From: Octopus sinensis
Taxonomy: Eukaryota
NCBI RefSeq assembly: GCF_006345805.1
Contig: NC_043014.1
Location: 47,430,001-47,494,000 of the forward strand
Length of the DNA: 64,000 nucleotides
Direction: 5' to 3'
Below are positions 12,888 to 26,696 of this stretch, one piece after another. The translations under genes were made by a program, and so were the position numbers. Positions within the stretch are counted from its first letter, which is position 1; each line of letters begins with the position of its first letter. The notes beneath the pieces are model-generated. The model saw nothing but the letters and a program-made list of their open reading frames with translations, was not told the DNA's origin and made no database searches.

Positions 12888-12950
12888 ATGCAACACGTCT
12901 CCTACCGGACTACGTATCCATGGTTCTACCGCGACCAGTCTGGCTTCAAG
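12888..12950 (+). CDS. Candidate alternative first coding exon (MQHVSYRTTYPWFYRDQSGFK)
   Basis: GGCACCATG start context, 21 open codons, AAG|GTAAAT phase-0 donor compatible with acceptor 55623. Non-repetitive, CpG-retaining sequence after a CpG-rich (CG)n tract at ~12775-12800. No transcript evidence available. Confidence 0.6.
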
Positions 12951-14069
12951 GTAAATCATTCGTAGAGTTGTCAAATGTCTCACCTGTGTCGTCCATGCTT
13001 CAGTGACTTCTCAGCAACATCCTCTCTTAGTCACCTATGGTTACACTTCAGTGAATTCTTGTCACCATCTTTCTGTGTATGTATGTCTGTCTCTGTCTGT
13101 GTCTCGCCCACATTATTCCTTTAAGGAACTGGCAATCCTTGTGTTGTATCTTTGATAAAGTAAGGCAATATGACACTCACCTGCGTCGTGCTTCATTGAA
13201 TTCTTGTGATAATCATTATTAGTCATGTTTCCCTCCATCAATATGGTACATCACCTTCTGAATCCCACCTTTTACGCACTTCACTGAGTTTCAATTACAG
13301 ATCAACATCCATCTCTCACCTGTGACACACTTCACTGAATTCTAATCTCACAGTCCTGGTTTTGAGTTTTCGTTCATTCTTTGTTTATTAAAACTGTTTT
13401 GATTTACCTTTCACACCACCTTCATACTATTCATCATCATCATCACCATCATCTTCCTCATCATCACCGTTATCATCGTCACCAGCATCATTACTATTAT
13501 TATCATCACTACCATCACCACCATCATTAATACCCTCATCACTTCTATTACTACGATCATCATCGATGATCATCGTCATCACTACCACCACACTACCTCC
13601 ATCACCACCACCACCCGTCAATACTATTGTCACTACCATAGCCACCACCATCTTCATCATCATCTTCATAAAGCTATAGTTCCTGTAACCCTTCAAAATA
13701 GGTCACACCCCCCCCGTATACCGTTCCCCCCACAAGCCACCAACCTGTGAATTATGTTCTTGAGGTGGAATGAGGTGAAACATGAAAGTGGAGTGGGGGG
13801 GGAGGTGTCTGTTATTGGAAAGTCTGACTTCGGAGACAGACAGACAGACATTGCATGCTGGTCTATATATGCACATTCTTATACACACTTGAAAACATAA
13901 ACATATACACATGCTTAACTATATACTAGCATGAGGGTATATATTAAAAAATACAGACGCATACACACATAAACAGATGCCTATACATATATACACACAC
14001 AAACACATACACATCTGTTGCACAATATACACATAATCACACAATATGAACATGACCACATGCATACAT

Positions 14070-14096
14070 AAGTATATATATATATATACATATATG

Positions 14097-14134
<38 letters not shown>

Positions 14135-14176
14135 ATGTATATATATATGTATATATTGTATATATATGTATATATA

Positions 14177-14244
<68 letters not shown>

Positions 14245-14245
14245 T

Positions 14246-14279
<34 letters not shown>

Positions 14280-14346
14280 TATATATGTATATATATATAT
14301 GTATGTATGAGCGTTATATATGTAAGTATAACGTATGTTCTGTTTG

Positions 14347-14402
<56 letters not shown>
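14070..14402. repeat. (TA)n microsatellite field
   Basis: About 330 bp. Similar TA/TG/CA fields at ~12010-12290, 15080-15620, 17280-18030, 26425-26690, 31440-31570 (GATA) and 46480-46745. Confidence 0.9.
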
Positions 14403-14408
<6 letters not shown>

Positions 14409-15102
14409 ATATGTACAATTACTCAATAGTCAAGATAAAACTCTGAGTTTCAGAGTTTCTGATGGTCAGATAACCGAAGAGATGGTGCTGTGGATTTCCA
14501 CTTCGGCATCTGAAACTCAGAGTTTTATCTTGACTATCGAGTAATTGTAACATATTATTTTTATAAATAAATTTCCTCTATTTACATAGTATTGAGGTCT
14601 CTTTCTTTCTTTTGTTATCTTACCGTTTTTACCAATATATATATATATATATATACACATACACAATGAACACATACTCATACGAAGATACGAAAAGATG
14701 CATCAGAACTCATACACATATATATATATCTTCACATAGACACACACATATATACACACATCCATATTTGTACAAATGATGTCAAAATATTCCACCATAA
14801 TGCATTTTTGCGTCGCACATTCCTAGTCTGGAACTTTGAGCAAGTGTCTATCGATGCTGGACGTGATTCTTACGGTTTATACTCACACGACTACGATGTA
14901 TTTAGATATATGTATAGCATTTATGTATTTTTAATTATAAATGTCGTATATTGGGAATGAATGAGTAAAGCAAACCTTTCTTTCCAGTTTTTTTGTGCCC
15001 AATATAAAATCTTTACTGCTCTCCTTTAAACTACTTTCATTTTATTTTAACTTCATATATGTTCTCTCTCTTACTCTTTTCATATATATACGTGTGTATG
15101 TG

Positions 15103-15139
<37 letters not shown>

Positions 15140-15181
15140 TGAGAGAGAGTTTGTGTGTGTACATATATATACGTATGTACA

Positions 15182-15220
<39 letters not shown>

Positions 15221-15528
15221 ACATACATATATATATGTGTGTACATATGTATGTCCCCGTAACTTAGCGGTTCGGTAAAAGAGACCGATAGAATAAGTAC
15301 TAGGCTTCCAAAGAATAAGTCCTGGGGTCGATTTGCTCGACTAAAGGCAGTACTCCAGCATGGCCATAGTCACATGACTGGAACAAGTAAAAGAGTACAT
15401 ACGTACGTACATAAACATACATACGTACATACATATATGTATATATATGTATGTATATGTACATACATATATATATGTATGTGTATATATATATATATAT
15501 TTATGCATATGTAAATATACTTATGTAC

Positions 15529-15574
<46 letters not shown>

Positions 15575-15945
15575 ACATGTATATATATGTATGTGTATAT
15601 ATATATACATACATATGCATAATAATTGTCATGCATTAAATATTTATTAAACATTGGTGTGGTGCTTCTATGTGTACACACACACACACACACAAACACA
15701 AATATACACACACACATATCTTTAGATATCCAGTGTCCGGGATGGAGTCGAGATATCTGATGAACTAAGCTGCTCCTTCATGAAACTTTGAGTAATGCAC
15801 AGTTGAGTCAACTTGTTAATAAAATATATTCAGCTTCTGCAGTACATCCTGAGGACCTTTGTTGTCATTCATTCGTACACTCCCTTCTGTATGCCTGTAT
15901 CTTCCTGTGCTTCTCCCCCCCTCTTTCTATGTATCTACGTATGTG

Positions 15946-15976
<31 letters not shown>

Positions 15977-15977
15977 C

Positions 15978-16375
15978 TTTTACTCTTTTACTTGCTTCAG
16001 TCATTTGACTGCGGCCATGCTGGAGCCCCGCCTTTAATCGAGCAACTCGACCCCGGGACTTATTCTTTTTGTAAGCCCAGTACTTATTCTATCGGTCTCT
16101 TTTGCCGAACCGCTAAGTAATGGGGACGTAAACACACCAGCATCGGTTGTCAAGCAATGCTAGGGGACAAACACAGACACACAAACACACACACGCATAT
16201 ATATACATATATACGACGGGCTTTTCAGTTTCCGTCTACCAAATCCACTCACAAGACTTTGGTCGGCCCGGGGCTATAGTAGAAGACACTTGCCCAAGGT
16301 GCCACGCAGTGGGACTGAACCCGCAACCATGTGATTGGTTAGCAAGCTACTTACCACACAGCCACCCCTGCGCCT
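15978..16375 (-). mobile_element. SINE family A
   Basis: Full-length copy from the cttttacttgcttcagtcatttgactgcggcc tail to the cctgcgcc head. Confidence 0.9.
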
Positions 16376-17056
16376 ATATATATATATATATAATATATAA
16401 TATCTTTTAACTTCTTTCAGTCATTATACTAGGGACCTGCTGGGGCACATCTTGAAGGGTTTAATCAAACGAATCAACCCCAGTATTTAATTTTGTAAAC
16501 CCAGTACTTACTCTATCGATCGCTGTTTCCCAATCTGCTAAGTTACAGGGCTGTAAACAAACCAACTCCAGTTGTCAGGCAGTAATTTAAGAAGCTACCT
16601 TTGCAATTCCTTGGTTGCCAGGTTCAATCTCACTGTTAGGTACCCTGAACAAGCGTCATTTCACTCACAACACATTGGTTTCATCGATCCTTTATGAGTG
16701 AACTTTGGTTAGCAAAAGTACGTGGGCGAGTCAGCTCGTCTGTGTGTCCTCATATTATCATAGCTTGTGCGGCAATGTTCGATAGACCCCCCCTCCTCCC
16801 CAAATAAATGTCATGCCCAGCATCTTGATGCAAAGAGCAGCGGAATAAAGTACTGTACTTGAATAAACTAGTAGAGGTTGTCAGGAAAGGCATCCGGCTG
16901 TAGAGCGCTTCCTCAAGAAGCCTTACACCATCCCACACAAGCTTGGGGGGAAAAAAACCCAAATCATACATAAAAATAATGAAGTCGATGATTACATGCA
17001 TACATATACATACTATTTATAGGTGGAGATATATATATATATATATATAATATATA

Positions 17057-17277
17057 GGCGGTGAGCTGGCAGAAACGTTAGCACGCCGGGCGAAATGCGT
17101 AGCCATATTTCGTCTGCCATTATGTTCTGAGTTCAAATTCTTCCGAGGTCGACTTTGCTTTTCTTCCTTTCGGGGGGTCGATAAATTAAGTACCAGTTAC
17201 GCAATGTAATCGACTTTATCCCTTTGTCTGTCCTTGTTTGTCCCCTCTGTGTTTAGCCCCTTGTGGGTAGTAAAGAA

Positions 17278-17280
<3 letters not shown>
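17057..17280 (+). mobile_element. tRNA-derived SINE family B
   Basis: GGCGGTGAGCTGGCAGAAACGTTAGC head, GAGTTCAAATT B box, gtaaagaaata end. Confidence 0.85.
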
Positions 17281-17310
<30 letters not shown>

Positions 17311-17724
17311 CATATAAACACACACATATACACATAAATATATATATATATATTATATATATATATATATATACACGCATACACATGCATACAAATGTTT
17401 GCAAGTATATATATGCTATATATGTGTGTGTATGCTATATGTATACATGCATATGTATACATGTATGTGTATGGTATATAAACATTCTATATGTATGAAA
17501 TATAATATATAAATAAACATATATATATAATCTGCATATATATATACATGCATACACATGCATACAAATGTTTGCATGTATATATATGCTATATATGTGT
17601 GTGTATGCTATATGTATACATGCATTTGTATACATGTGTATGTATGGTATTACATACATTCTATTTGTATACATGTGTGTGTATGGTATATATACATTCT
17701 ATATGTGTATATATATATATAAAC

Positions 17725-17760
<36 letters not shown>

Positions 17761-17890
17761 GTAAAATAGAAAGATGAATAATCTTGTTGCAGATTAATCA
17801 AAAGTTTAACCGATACCTTGGTAGCAAAAATCACATCAATCTTCGTTCAACTCCATTTCTTCAATTCACTAATAAAATCATATATATTAT

Positions 17891-17943
<53 letters not shown>

Positions 17944-17977
17944 TATATATATATATGTATGAAATATAATATATATC

Positions 17978-18031
<54 letters not shown>

Positions 18032-18294
18032 AGGGAGAGAGAGCACACTATATAGCCCTGGTTCAAGTCTCCCCGTTCCCCTCGCTCCAAAATAAACTCT
18101 GCACCAGAAACCCGCATATTTCCAGCGCCATGTTGTTTTGTGCACTTGCATGCTTGAATGAATAATCAGTGTGTGCAATGTTTGTTGTTTTACGAGTGCA
18201 TTGGACTTTTCGGTGCATGTCTACGTGTGAATTTGCATATTTCTGTCGTTTTTATCAACGGCTGCAGATTCAAGTGTTTGCACAAGTGTATGTG

Positions 18295-18770
18295 TGTATA
18301 CACACATGCACACACTTGCACATACATGCGCACATACACCCACATGCACACACAAACACACACTCATGCACACACACATGGACACACATGCACACACTTG
18401 CACACACATGCACACACTTGCACACACTTACACACACACACACACATGGACACACATGCACACACTTGCACACACATACACACACACACATGGACACACT
18501 TGCACCCACATGCACACACACACACACACACACGCACACTTGCACACACATGCACACACACACACATGGACACACTTGCACCCACATGCACACACACACA
18601 CACACACACTTGCACACACATGCACACACTTGCACACACACATGGACACACATGCACACACTTGCACACACATACACACACACACATGGACACACATGCA
18701 CACACTTGCACACACACACATGCACACACATGCACACACTTGCACACGCATGCACACGCATACACATGCA
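18295..18770. repeat. Degenerate (CA)n/CACACATG/CACACTTG repeat
   Basis: Explains the overlapping His/Thr and Cys/Val ORFs. Confidence 0.9.
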
Positions 18771-19984
18771 GTCATATCTGACTCAGTCTGTTTGCCTGTG
18801 TGAATTGTATTGAAACTTGAAGGTGTTTTGCCCCCTACAGCATCCCTGTTCTGCCCTCCCTCCTCCCCGTCTCTCCGTTGCCCCATTACCATAGGATTGG
18901 CGGTGGTGGTGGTGGTGGTTTTGGCTGTGATGTGTCCTAAGTGAAACCTTGTTTGTCAGTGGGTGGGAGGTGGAGGAGAGGAGAGGAGCGATGAATTTTC
19001 GTTGCTGAATCAGCTGCCAACTTCTTCAGTATGAGTAACTATAAAGCATTATGGAGGAAGAGAGAGATTCATCATTGCTGAGATGGTGCTGGTGGTGGTG
19101 CTGGTGGTGGTGTTGGTGGTGGCGCTGGCAGAGGCTAAAGAGATCAATATAGCTATAAGGCAGTCACTTGCTGCTGCTGTTGTTGTTGCTGCTGCTCTTG
19201 TCTGTCTGTTTGTCTGTCCCAATATTGTTCAGCCGTTCCAACATTTGACTGTTCTTTTCCTGTGTGTCAGCCCACACAGCAACTTGACCTGCTAGAAATA
19301 GCAGTCAATTTAGCCCTTTAATCATTCTGTTGCCTTAGGAAAAGCAAAGACTGTTCTTTTCCTGTGTCAGCCCACACAGGAACTTGACCTGCTAGAAATA
19401 GCAGTCAATTTAGCCCTTTAATCATTCTGTTGCCTTAGGAAAAGCGAAACAAAAGGGGAGAAAAAAAAGGTACACATTGGTCAATGGTACACATTGGCAA
19501 GTATGTAGGAAAAGAAAATGAGAGGGTGGTCACGGTTGTATTGCCTCTGATCATAGGTCAGCTTGATCGAGGTTGACCTATCGCTAAAAATAACAACACA
19601 TCTCTTCTCTGCACAGACTTTGTCCTTCGATCACTGCTCTCCACTAAACAAAAACTCACACATACACCACTACACATACACAGACAACTAAATACACACA
19701 TTCCACACACACACTCACACTCATATGCTTCACCAATTGCTTTCCAGCTATTTCTACAGTTTTTGTTTCAACTGATCTTTTCTAAGGGACACACAGCCAT
19801 AGAGAATGGGGCCACATCAAGTAAACATCTTCCTTGGCCCTAATTATTGTAACATTTTGGAGTGATTTAGTAAAGCAAAAGAAGGTCTGTGGTGGGCTTG
19901 GAAAGAAAGATGGCAAAATATTTAGTCTGTCTGCTTTTCTTGCCTCTCTGTAATGGTAAATAATAATAATAATAATGATAATCT

Positions 19985-20190
19985 TTTTACTCTTTTACTT
20001 GTTTCAGTCATTCGGCTGCGGCCATGCTGGAGCACCACTTTTAGTCGAGCAACTCGACCCCGGGACTTATTCTTTGTAAGCCCAGTACTTATTCTATCGG
20101 TCTCTTTTGCCGAACCGCTAAGTGACGGGGACGTAAACACACCAGCATCGGTTGTCAAGCAATGCTAGGGGGACAAACACAGACACACAA

Positions 20191-20223
<33 letters not shown>

Positions 20224-20395
20224 CATATATACGACAGGCTTCTTTCAGTTTCCGTCTACCAAATCCACTCACAAGGCATTGGTCGGCCCGGGGCTATAGC
20301 AGAAGACACTTGCCCAAGATGCCACGCAGTGGGACTGAACCCGCAACCATGTGGTTGGTAAGCAAGCTACTTACCACACAGCCACTCCTGCGCCT
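19985..20395 (-). mobile_element. SINE family A
   Basis: Full-length copy. Confidence 0.9.
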
Positions 20396-20644
20396 ATGAT
20401 AATAATAATTAGAAAAAGAGGAAGAAGAATCTTTTCTACTATAGGCACAAAGCCTGAAATTATGGGGGAGGGGAGTTGATTACATTGACCCCAGTGCTTG
20501 ACTAGTATATCATTTTATCGATCCTGAAATGAGGAGCAAAGTCAGACTTGGTGAACTCAGAATGTAAAGCCAGACGAAGCATTGCTAAGCATTGTGTCTG
20601 ATTTGCTAATGATTTCACTGGCCTTTGATAATAATTTACTATTA

Positions 20645-21010
20645 TCAACCACATGGTTCCGGGTTCAGTCCCTCTACGTGGCACCTTGGGCAAGTGTCTT
20701 CTACTATTGCCCTGGGCCGACCAAGGCCTTGTGAGTGAATTTGGTAGACGGAAACTGAAAGAAGCCCGTCGTATATATATGTGTGTGTGTGTGTGTGTAT
20801 GTCTGTGTATCTGTGTTTGCCCCCCCCCCCCAACATCGCTTGATAACCGATGCTGGTGTGTTTACATCCCCGTAACGTAGCTGTTCGGCATGAGAGACCG
20901 ATAGAATAAGTACTAGACTTACAAAGAATAAGTCCTGGGGGCGATTTGCTCGACTAAAGGTGGTGCTCCAGCATGGCCACAGTCACATGTCTGAAACAAG
21001 TAAAAGAGTA
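20645..21010 (+). mobile_element. SINE family A, 5' truncated
   Basis: From caaccacatggttccggg to gaaacaagtaaaagagt. Confidence 0.85.
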
Positions 21011-21089
21011 TTGTTGTTGTTGTTATTATTTTATTATTATTATTATTATTATTATTCAAGCTGGAAGCCGGCTGAATCATTACTGTGCT

Positions 21090-21270
21090 GAACAAAATGC
21101 CCAGTAATATTTCTTTCAGTTCTTTACATTGTGAGTTCCAATTCCACCAAGGTTGGCTTTGTTTTCCATCCTTTCAGGGTCAATAAGGAAAGTACCAATT
21201 GGACACTGGGGTTGATGTAATTGGCTTATTCTCACCCCTAAAATTACTGGTCTTGTGCCAAACTTTGAAA

Positions 21271-21311
<41 letters not shown>

Positions 21312-21870
21312 TTCATTATTATTCCACTGAGGTCAACTTTGCCTTTCATTCTTTCAGGGTTGATAAATTAAGTACCAGTGAAACACTGGGGGTCGATATA
21401 ATCAACTAGTTACCTCCCCTAGAATTTCAGGCCTTGTGCCCATAGTAGAAAGGTTTATTATTATTATTAAGGCCACGAACTGGCAAAATTATTAGCATGC
21501 CAGGTGAAATACTTCAAGATATTTTGTCTGCCACTACACTCTGTGTTCAAATTCCGCTGAGCTTGACTTTGCCTTTCATCCTTTCAGGGTCAATAAATTA
21601 AGTACCAGCTAATTACTGGAGTTGATGTGATCGACTTTCCCTATCCCCCAAAATTTCAGGCCTTGTGCCTATAGTAGAAAGGATTATTATTCATGTAGGA
21701 AGCTGGTAAAATCATTACTGTGCCAGAGAAAATGCTTAAAGGCATTTCTTTCGTCTCTTTAATTTCTGAGTTCAAATTCTGTCAGGGTTCACTTTGCCTT
21801 TCATCCTTTTGGGCTCAATAAAATGTATACCAGTTGAGTACTGGGGTTGATGTATTTGACTTACCCATTT
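21090..21870. mobile_element. Cluster of about four family B SINEs in both orientations separated by (ATT)n
   Basis: Repeated gagttcaaatt...tttgcctttcatcc...aagtaccag modules. Confidence 0.75.
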
Positions 21871-23389
21871 CTTCTCATTCTACAGATGAAATTGTTAGAA
21901 TGAGCACCGTCCGTTCGTGGCCGTTTGCCAGCTCTGTCTGGCCCCGTGTCGGTGGCACGTAAAAGCACCATCTGTTCGTGTTCGTTGTCACCCTCGGCTG
22001 GCCCCCGTGCCGGTGACACGTAAAAGCACTGTCCGTTCGTGGCCGTTCGCCAGCTCTGTCTGGCACCTGTGCAGGTGGCATGTAAAATACACCCACTACA
22101 CTCGCGGAGTGGTTGGCATTAGGAAGGGCATCCAGCCGTAGAAACACTGCCAGATCTGACTGGGCCTGACGAAGCCTTCCAGCCTCACAGACCCCAGTTG
22201 ACCCGTCCAACCCATGCTAGCATGGAAAGCGGATGCTAAATGATGATGATGATGATGATGAGGGAAAAAACTGATCTGAAGTAAGATATTTCATTTCTAG
22301 AAGAGAAATAGTTAATTGATTCAACTCCATTAAGTGACTTCTACGCCTTCTGTTCTTATTGATCCAGGACGTACGAAATGCAAATTTAACCTTGAACTCA
22401 AAATGTGAACACACATATTAAGACATTGTTGCTCTACTGACTCTACCATCAACTATTATTGCCACACAACAAGACACTGTTACTTTGCCTATTCTACCTT
22501 CTACTGTCCTAAAGATGAATAATATGGTTTCTAGGTGTGTCAGTGTTAATCATAAAATGTTTATTTCCTCAAGGATCAATGTTAGGGCGTTTTATGTTCT
22601 GTGTTCCTTAATTATTTCCATGTTGGTGTTCCATAATGTTTTTCATCTCTTCTTTATTACAACCTTTTTCAATTACATGTTGGCACCATTTTGCAGAAAC
22701 TTGAAAATCCACAAAAAGTGGCTGTGGATGGGGAGGGTGGGGAAGGAGGGGGGAATGAGACAGCAGAATATTACTTTGAGGAATGCGAAGAAAAAAAAAA
22801 TATTGATAAGTATTTTAAAACATATAGGTTAGTTCAAGATCTCTGAAGAATGCTGGAGGGAGGGAAAAAAAAAGAGAGAGAAAAGTGCAAGAGTCTGCTA
22901 GCAATATTGTTGATGTTAGTAAAGTCAATTCCTGCAGAAACACAGCTTCCATCCTAATTCAAACAATTCCAAATAAAACATAACGAACGCATCAACGCCA
23001 GACAAAAACCTGCAGCAGTTCTTGGAACTATTTAATATCCTACTGAGAGGATTTTGTGTATCTAAAGTCCTCAGGCTTTTGGAATAAGGAGTTGGGGGTT
23101 CGTTTCCTTATAATTAACAACTTGCACATTGTTTATACAAACCCCAACTAGGAATGGAGACGGTGTTGGTTTCTGAATTAGGCACAAGGCCAACACTCGG
23201 GAGGGGTTTGGTCAGTACTTTTGACTCAGCCCCACCCAAGTACCTGATTGGTATTTTATTGTAGTGAACCCAGAGGGATGGAAGGTAAATTTGACCCCAG
23301 CAGGATTTGAGCTCTGAATGTAAAGGGGTAGAACAAATGGACCAAGGCGTCTTGTCTGACGCTCTACCGATTCTGTTACATGATATTAA

Positions 23390-23826
23390 CAATAATCCTT
23401 TCTACTTAAGGCACAAGGCCTGAAATTTTGGAGGAGGGGACTAGTTGATTACACTGACCTCAGTGTTTCACTGGTAATTAATTTATTGACCCCGAAAGAA
23501 TGAATGGAAAAGTTGACCCCGGCGGAATTTGAACTCAGAACGTAAAGACGAGTGAGATGCTGCTAAACATTTTGCTTGGTGTGCTTACAATACTTATTTC
23601 TTTACTTCCCACAAGGGGCTAAACACAGAGAGGACAAACAAGGACAGACAAACGGATTAAGTCGATTATATCAACCCCAGTGCATAACTGGTACTTATTT
23701 AATCAACCTTGAAAGGATGAAAGGCAAAGTTGACCTCGGCGAAATTTGAACTCAGAACGTAACGGCAGACGAAATACGGAAACGCATTTCGCCCGGCGTG
23801 CTAACGTTTCTGCCAGCTCGCCGCCT
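23390..23826 (-). mobile_element. Two adjacent family B SINEs
   Basis: Reverse-complement copies at ~23390-23590 and ~23595-23826. Confidence 0.8.
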
Positions 23827-24559
23827 ATCCTACAAACCTTCTGCATTCAATGTCTATGTCTGCGTGCAGTACACTTTAATGACAATAATAATAAAAATGA
23901 TAATAGCTCCACATTTTGGCAGAAGGCCAGCAATTTCAAGGAAGAGGACATGTTGATTACTTCGACCCAAGTGTTCAACTGGTACTTATTTCTTTAACAC
24001 TGAAAGGATGAACGTCAAATTCAACCCTTGCAATAATAGTGATGATGATGATGATGATGCTTTATATTGCCTCAAGGGCAATAATAGACACATTGAAAGT
24101 ACAAAAAGAACCCCCAAAGAAACACATTTGGATATACAGACATCTCAATGTGAAAATGTGTGGTTCTTTGGGCAAGTGTCTTCTACTGTTTGTTATTCTA
24201 CTGTAGCCACACAACAACAAAGCACATGTGAGTGGATTTGATAGCTGGAAACTGTAGGAAGCCCTGTGTATGCATACAAGCATTATCGTTACAGAGGCAA
24301 AATTGTTTCTTTCCAGTCTTCCGCAAAAACGTACCTGACCTTGGCCATGAAGAAACAGGTGAAGGCTGGCAACAGGAAGGACATGGAACCATAGGAAATT
24401 TGTCTCGGACAAGTTCTAACTGACCCATGGAAGCATGGAATAGTGGCTGTGATTGTATTCCGTGTGTGTGTGTGTGTGCTATCACTGGTGTATTGTGCTG
24501 CAGAAAATGTATACTAGCAATCCTGTTTTTGTGTGTGTGTGTAACAAGGTCTCCTACAC

Positions 24560-24778
24560 CAGTGGTTTTCAACCAGGGTTCTGCGGAACCTTAGGGTTCC
24601 GCCAGTACAGTCCAGGGGTTCCACAAGAAGTTACAAAAACGCTAAAATCGACAGTAATTTTTAATTCTCCTGTGCAGATATGTGTGCATAAGACTATTAA
24701 ATTATTGCACAGGGGTTCCTCGAGCCAGTGGAATGTTTTCTTGGGGTTCCGCTCCAGCAAAAAGGTTGAAAAGCGATG
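24560..24778. mobile_element. hAT MITE, same family as 33699-33899
   Basis: High internal similarity; 8-bp TSD TCCTACAC/TCCTACTC (7/8). Confidence 0.85.
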
Positions 24779-25139
24779 TCCTACTCAGTTCTAATTTGTT
24801 TGATGTATTTAATGGTGGTGGTAGTATTGGTAGTATTAGTATTAGTGATGATGGTGTGTGTATCATCAGCTCTAGTAGCTCTGTTACTGTAACTCTTACT
24901 ACCACCAGTGTGTACAGCCACTACTTTAGTGCTTCAAGTGTGGAGGGGAGGTTGGGGAGGAGGGAATGCCTGCCTTATCACTGTTGAACTGGATCCTTCC
25001 TCTGACAATCCTTTACTGAGGAATTCTGCCTGGCACCTGTTATTGTTCTTACTATTGTTGTATGTTGTGATTGTTCTTGTTGCTGCCTGTAGTTGTATCT
25101 CCATTCAGCACACCCAATACACTGTTTGTCTTTCGCTCT

Positions 25140-25343
25140 CTCTGTCTGTCTCATTCATACTCTCTCTCTCACACACACGCTCTCTCTCTTTCACTCACAC
25201 GCTCACAAACACACTCTCTCTCTCTCTCACACAAACACACTCGCACACTCTCTCCCTCTCTCGCACACACACACTCTCTCTCGCGCACACACACACACTC
25301 TCTCTCGTGCACACACACACACACTCTCTCGCACACACACACA

Positions 25344-25383
<40 letters not shown>

Positions 25384-25513
25384 CTTTCTCACACACACAC
25401 ACACACACTCTCTCTCGCACATACACACTCTCTCTCTCGCACACACACACACTGTCGCACACACACACACTGTCGCACGCACACACTGTCGCACACACAC
25501 ACACTCTCTCTCG

Positions 25514-25604
<91 letters not shown>

Positions 25605-25740
25605 TTTCACTCTCACACTCACACATACTCTTTCTTTGTCACACACACATTCTCTCATCCACACACTCTTTTATACATCTACACACATATTCTCACTTAT
25701 GCACGCACTCTCTCTCTCTCTCACACAAACACACACCCAT
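25140..25740. repeat. Interleaved (CA)n/(CT)n repeat
   Basis: Low-complexity tract. Confidence 0.9.
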
Positions 25741-26038
25741 CACGCAAATGGTTTAGCCATGACAATATGAAAATAGAGCATTAAAACTATGACAACGATA
25801 ACAAATCTACACCCATACACATTACCACACTGTCATACAGCACTGTACATATGTGTGTGTGTAGATGATGTATATATGTATTTTTCTGCATGCAGCATAT
25901 ACATACATACATACACATTTATATATATATATTCATTGTCATAATTAGATATAATTTTAAGAATATGGTCCTTTTCCATACCGAAAGACTACTTGGTGAA
26001 ATTTGTTGATTTTATTAAATTATATATATATATAATAT

Positions 26039-26424
26039 AGGCGCAGGAGTGGCTGTGTGGTAAGTAGCTTGCTTACCAACCACATGGTTCTGGGTTCAGT
26101 CCCACTGCGAGGCATCTTGGGCTAGTGTCTTCTACTATAGCCTTGGGCCGACCAAAGCCTTGTGAGTGGATTTGGTAGACGGAAACTGAAAGAAGCCCGT
26201 CGTATATATATATGTTTGTGTGTCTGTGTTTGTCCCCCTAGCATTGCTTGACAACCGATGCTGGTGTGTTTACGTCCCCGTCACTTAACGGTTTGGCAAA
26301 AGAGACCGATAGAATAAGTACTGGGCTTACAAAGAATAAGTCCTGGGGTCGATTTGCTCGACTAAAGGCGGTGCTCCAGCATGGCCGCAGTCAAATGACT
26401 GAAACAAGTAAAAGAGTAAAGAGT
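26039..26424 (+). mobile_element. SINE family A
   Basis: Full-length copy. Confidence 0.9.
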
Positions 26425-26659
26425 ATATATATATATATATATATATATCTCACACATATTTATATATATAATATATATTTATCACATATATATATATAAT
26501 ATATATTATCACATATATATGTATATCCACGCATGTATAAATATATATATATATATTATATATATCTCACACATATTTATATATATAATATATATTTATC
26601 ACATATATATATATATAATATATATTTATCACATATATATGTATATCCACGCATGTATA

Positions 26660-26696
<37 letters not shown>

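Noticed and set aside
16147-16410. Recurrent short ORFs such as MSSNARG... and ...CPRCHAVGLNPEPCGW
   Set aside because: They recur because they are antisense readings of SINE family A, not a gene family.
19083-19295. Signal-peptide-like ORF MVLVVVLVVVLVVALAEAKE
   Set aside because: Hydrophobic run comes from a (GTG)n repeat; no compatible donor found and the 3' end runs into a repeat fragment.
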